Source: Phoronis australis (Eukaryota; Animalia; Phoronida). Taken from it: 64,000 nt of DNA. Location: contig NMRA01000249.1 of the NCBI GenBank assembly GCA_002633005.1, positions 62,001 through 126,000 on the forward strand, read 5' to 3'. The notes beneath the pieces were generated by a model that worked only from the letters and a program-made list of their open reading frames with translations, was not told the DNA's origin and made no database searches. Position 1 is the first letter of the stretch, and the number at the start of each line of letters is the position of its first letter. Positions 62,701 to 64,000 of this stretch are shown one piece after another. Made by a program: the position numbers and the translations under genes.

Positions 62701-63338
62701 CTCTATTTGTTTTAATCTTGTATTACCTTTGTACATATCAGCACTATAAGTTGACCATAACTGATCCTTGACTTAACAAAAAGTTGTTGTATTGTGGTGA
62801 GGCCACTGTAATTGTGCGATCTGTGCCGTACCTATTATATTGAATAAAAAGTTTGAGAAAAGAGGTCTTTCGACGGCACGAAATTACATGTACACCTGTG
62901 AATAAGGAATATTTTGAACCACGTTCAGAACTTTGAGTAGTCAGAAGTTATTGTTTGTGGGTTTCCAGGGGCTTCAAGCCAGGTTTCACGTTAATGCTAA
63001 ACCATGCAATCGTCCCATTTATTCCACCTATACTGTACCTGTCACACAATTGTAAGTAGTATTCAGGTATTTGGGAATATATTTGCATGGGTCTCCAAAC
63101 AACCAGTTTGACACTTTCACTCTACATGATTTCTTTCCGTGACATTGTCTCCTCATGATGGACAGCGACGTCGTAGATGCACAGGCAGTATTCCGGCGTT
63201 CGGAAAAACCGCATACACAACTTTTCCCACTCGTGCATGTACTTCCGTAGACCGAGGAGACAATATGCAAAACGTCATGTAACCCGTCGCATGACAGGGA
63301 CATTTCATTACCCTCGCAGACCACAATATTGACGTCGC
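29630..63338 (-). CDS. Multi-WSC lectin-like protein: SUEL/Gal_lectin, WSC x4, Methyltransf_FA-like, WSC (5'-partial; 10 exons; about 721 aa visible)
   Basis: Exons 63338-63039, 61824-61555, 49458-49177, 40809-40531, 40289-40011, 38741-38446, 33791-33671, 33167-33065, 31710-31550, 29706-29630 join in frame with AG/GT sites. Further exons may be hidden in the long introns. Confidence 0.82.
29881..31475. mobile_element. Kolobok-like non-autonomous DNA transposon with THAP relic
   Basis: TTAA|aggagattgccagcc ... gggtggcattctcct|TTAA; minus-strand 31316-31100 reads CIVPAC...FFRLPREPEMLRKW, then RHFVDSDF after a frameshift. Confidence 0.8.
31550..31710 (-). CDS. WSC domain 5, second exon
   Basis: ttctAG|(S)DRGYGYAGVQNGSHCFCGDTFGKYGTSADCLKKCTGSDEYCGGAQANWIMRAT|GTaagt; phase 2-1. 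Confidence 0.92.
31806..32818. mobile_element. Non-autonomous TIR element with G/C-run subtermini, carrying a tRNA-like segment
   Basis: cagtggcggatctag ... ctaaatccgcctatg termini; 32071-32130 on the minus strand has A-box (tggtgtagtgg) and B-box (gttcgaa) motifs. Confidence 0.65.
33065..33167 (-). CDS. WSC domain 5, first exon
   Basis: cgcAG|(C)FPGCYRDNAWIRDLEVNVYNGDKNSHSNCVQMC+ag|GTaagg; phase 1-2. Confidence 0.9.
33671..33791 (-). CDS. Methyltransf_FA-like domain, second exon
   Basis: atgtAG|VTNTGSVLMTYHDHQPFAIHGISVSTGFDSKGVWRVYNPA|GTaagt; matches the M.w.DpxP...STG...G.W end of the domain; phase 0-1. Confidence 0.85.
34199..34264. repeat. Perfect 33-bp tandem duplication
   Basis: aattattacaggatcgttccctaatacaatcaa x2. 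Confidence 0.9.
34745..34979. mobile_element. MITE, inverted relative of 3062-3324
   Basis: catgcgcgcact ... agtgcgggcatg; shares the ggggggctcg and gatgtggacctt motifs; flanks cgtac/agtac. Confidence 0.7.
38446..38741 (-). CDS. Methyltransf_FA (FAMeT-like) domain, first exon
   Basis: tttttacAG|(K)NYQSIRTSKES...LACKDAHIDL...YEIVIGERNNTYSAIR...LNCRKFKSFDVLLDGGTIT|GTaatt; matches the ACxDAHI / YEIVIG / LxC.eF pattern; phase 1-0. Confidence 0.82.
40011..40289 (-). CDS. WSC domain 4 exon
   Basis: ttccAG|SSVPGCFVDLDFPLRDLP...CRTGC...YAGVQNGFECWCGNQYG...NWIVFT|GTaagt; phase 1-1. Confidence 0.93.
40531..40809 (-). CDS. WSC domain 3 exon
   Basis: cttAG|DPGCHNDERTDRDLPHQAN...FAGVQ...CFCGAQYGRHGKV...CGGKRKNYVIAVKE|GTaaga; phase 1-1. 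Confidence 0.93.
42380..43835 (+). mobile_element. Ty3/Gypsy LTR-retrotransposon pol relic (protease and RT; frameshifted)
   Basis: VDTGS protease; LRVCGDYSVTINPQLE; FTKIDLADAYNQI; KRLPFGISSAPSYFQ; EKCVF; YLGH; QFYGKFISNLATLTDPL; multiple stops and frameshifts. Confidence 0.92.
43840..44055. mobile_element. Terminal fragment of a TTAA-ended (Kolobok-like) element
   Basis: Ends gcggaagtagtatct|TTAA; homologous in reverse to 51620-51850 (TTAA|agatactatttccgc). Confidence 0.65.
44528..44767 (+). pseudogene. Decayed THAP fragment
   Basis: MKKCVCGRCSNSNRTD...KDPK, then AQKW after a frameshift, and EESCFHPTQKRRFD, similar to EDSRFDSSHRRRYD at about 51010. Confidence 0.6.
46690..46840. mobile_element. 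Short MITE dimer with 5-bp TSD
   Basis: catgggcggc ... gccacgcccatg; two units each with ggctatagccc; CATGT on both flanks. Confidence 0.7.
48368..48438 (+). pseudogene. tRNA-derived sequence (SINE head or pseudo-tRNA)
   Basis: A-box tggtgtggtgg, B-box ggttcgaatcc and a T run; no convincing acceptor stem. Confidence 0.5.
49177..49458 (-). CDS. WSC domain 2 exon
   Basis: gttAG|DPGCYNDYEDNRDLPHQANVTNLTPDSCRYKC...FAGVQ...CFCGNQYGRHG...CGGKNKNFV..RK|GTaaat; phase 1-1. Confidence 0.93.
50596..51557. mobile_element. Kolobok-like non-autonomous DNA transposon with THAP relic
   Basis: TTAA|agtgtacacaacatg ... catggtgtgtactgt|TTAA; + strand PKDTKVAQKW...LCSAHFEDSRF; convergent acidic ORF start MAESREFESDDD on the minus strand. 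Confidence 0.8.
51620..51850. mobile_element. Terminal fragment of a TTAA-ended element (same family as 43840-44055)
   Basis: Reverse-complement similarity to 43840-44055; partner end not found. Confidence 0.6.
52960..57998 (-). mobile_element. About 5-kb TTAA-flanked DNA transposon relic, Sola3-like
   Basis: TTAA|gtactagtccacg...gcggcaaggtgggggtcagcc at the left end and ggctgaccccccaccttgccgc...cgtggactgatac|TTAA at the right. Minus-strand decayed peptides CPNHRYN...HPLH (about 56950) and KGWVWKSS...RNESGKKVF..WLIPQQVQS (about 56350-56050). Superfamily assignment is from recalled motifs. Confidence 0.65.
53975..54185. repeat. Interspersed repeat nested in the Sola3-like relic; inverted homolog at about 63725-63960
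   Basis: The reverse complement shares ggtcgca.agag...tagattagc.tct..attgtt.ccgt.gttataataaa and catgcgacctgt.ttgtta.atccaacaa with 63760-63900. Confidence 0.75.
59620..60120 (+). mobile_element. Penelope-like retroelement 3' fragment (GIY-YIG endonuclease)
   Basis: KSNVVYKVECDNCKELYIGLTQRRLCDRLKE, then KESLAI after frameshifts; hammerhead-like CTGATGA...GAAACGTTGA at 60082-60115. Confidence 0.82.
61068..61387. mobile_element. Palindromic (hairpin) MITE
   Basis: cagagtgttccatcgaaacaggaa ... ttcctgttttgatggagtaccctg; inverted arms throughout (aaaacagctaaccagc / gctggttagctgtttt). Confidence 0.75.
61555..61824 (-). CDS. WSC domain 1 exon (divergent)
   Basis: tttAG|IPGCWRPP...KCKSACGVEGHVYAAMQDLTKCHC...CSHKCQGDASQTCGSDNGNIWVMFA|GTaggt; eight-Cys WSC spacing; phase 1-1. 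Confidence 0.87.
62090..62860 (+). mobile_element. L1/Tx1-clade LINE 3' fragment (zf-RVT region and A-rich tail)
   Basis: LRWFQFRMVHSII...SSLCTFC*EESKSIVHVYW; ends aataaaaagtttgagaaaa. Confidence 0.8.
63039..63338 (-). CDS. SUEL-type (galactose/rhamnose-binding) lectin exon
   Basis: ttgcAG|DVNIVVCEGNEMSLSC...IVSSVYG...CHGKKSCRVKVSNWLFGDPCKYIPKYLNTTYNCVT|GT; CEG, YG, FGDPC and KYL signature; phase 1-1. Confidence 0.92.
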
Positions 63339-63724
63339 CTGCAACACAGAATCAAGTATTAGTGGAAGGAATTCCAAAACGCAGTATTAGCAAAAATCGC
63401 GTTATAAATCATAATTATTTCGACGTTGTAGCGGTTATGGACTAAAGAAATCAATACAAAAACGGATAACTATTGGCAGCCTGTCTTATGAATGAAGAAT
63501 GTGCTGAAAAACAACAGAAGTTGACTTGGGAAACCGAACATATTTTTCTGTACTAGAATTTCCATTCAAGGTCCCCACTATGCATTTATGTGATTGCTCA
63601 GAAATGTGACACTACCCCTAGACACGTACCAAAGAAGCCAACATCGCGAATCAACTGAGCACACAACTTCTGCAGATCTTCAATCCCCAGCAATCAATTA
63701 TTGAATGTATTCAAAACCTGAAAT

Positions 63725-63960
63725 GCTCCCAGTCCTACGCGAAACCAGGTCGCTATCTGGTCGCACAGAGATCGGTAGATTAGCGTCTCTATTGTTCCCG
63801 TCGTTATAATAAAGATAATGACAAGCATTTATCGTGTGGTGTACGCCCAAGGTACGATATTCATGCGACCTGTATTGTTATATCCAACAAAGGCGTAACA
63901 AAGGAAAAAAATGAATACGTCCGATAGGTGATAACCATGCGACCAGTTTACGCGGTCGCT
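63725..63960. repeat. Interspersed repeat (homolog of 53975-54185)
   Basis: Direct sequence similarity to the reverse complement of 53975-54185. Confidence 0.7.
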
Positions 63961-64000
63961 TAGTTCTCACTACCTTACGACCTCAATACATCATTTGCCA

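Overview
Intron-rich, transposon-rich eukaryotic DNA (AT-rich, GT-AG introns), most likely from an invertebrate animal. There is no prokaryotic content and no CRISPR array. Two large spliced genes converge tail-to-tail, and both 5' ends lie outside the window. (1) + strand, 445-19662: 16 exons that I could join in frame (2637 nt, 878 aa visible). They encode a ROCO protein with ROC GTPase (C-terminal part), COR, Death domain, TIR_2-type TIR (catalytic-position Glu kept) and a C-terminal CaaX box (CAVCTIL*). The ROC G4 motif reads THRN instead of THxD. This fusion is the most interesting system here. (2) - strand, 63338-29630: 10 in-frame exons (about 721 aa visible) encoding SUEL lectin, WSC x4, a Methyltransf_FA-like domain, WSC and a short tail; probably secreted. 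Introns and intergenic DNA hold a Penelope-like insertion with inverted copies that each carry a minimal hammerhead ribozyme, a second Penelope fragment, a Ty3/Gypsy pol relic, an L1/Tx1 3' fragment, a 5 kb TTAA-flanked Sola3-like relic, Kolobok-like elements with THAP relics, a foldback element and several MITEs. All domain and family calls come from reading motifs by eye; no database search was run.
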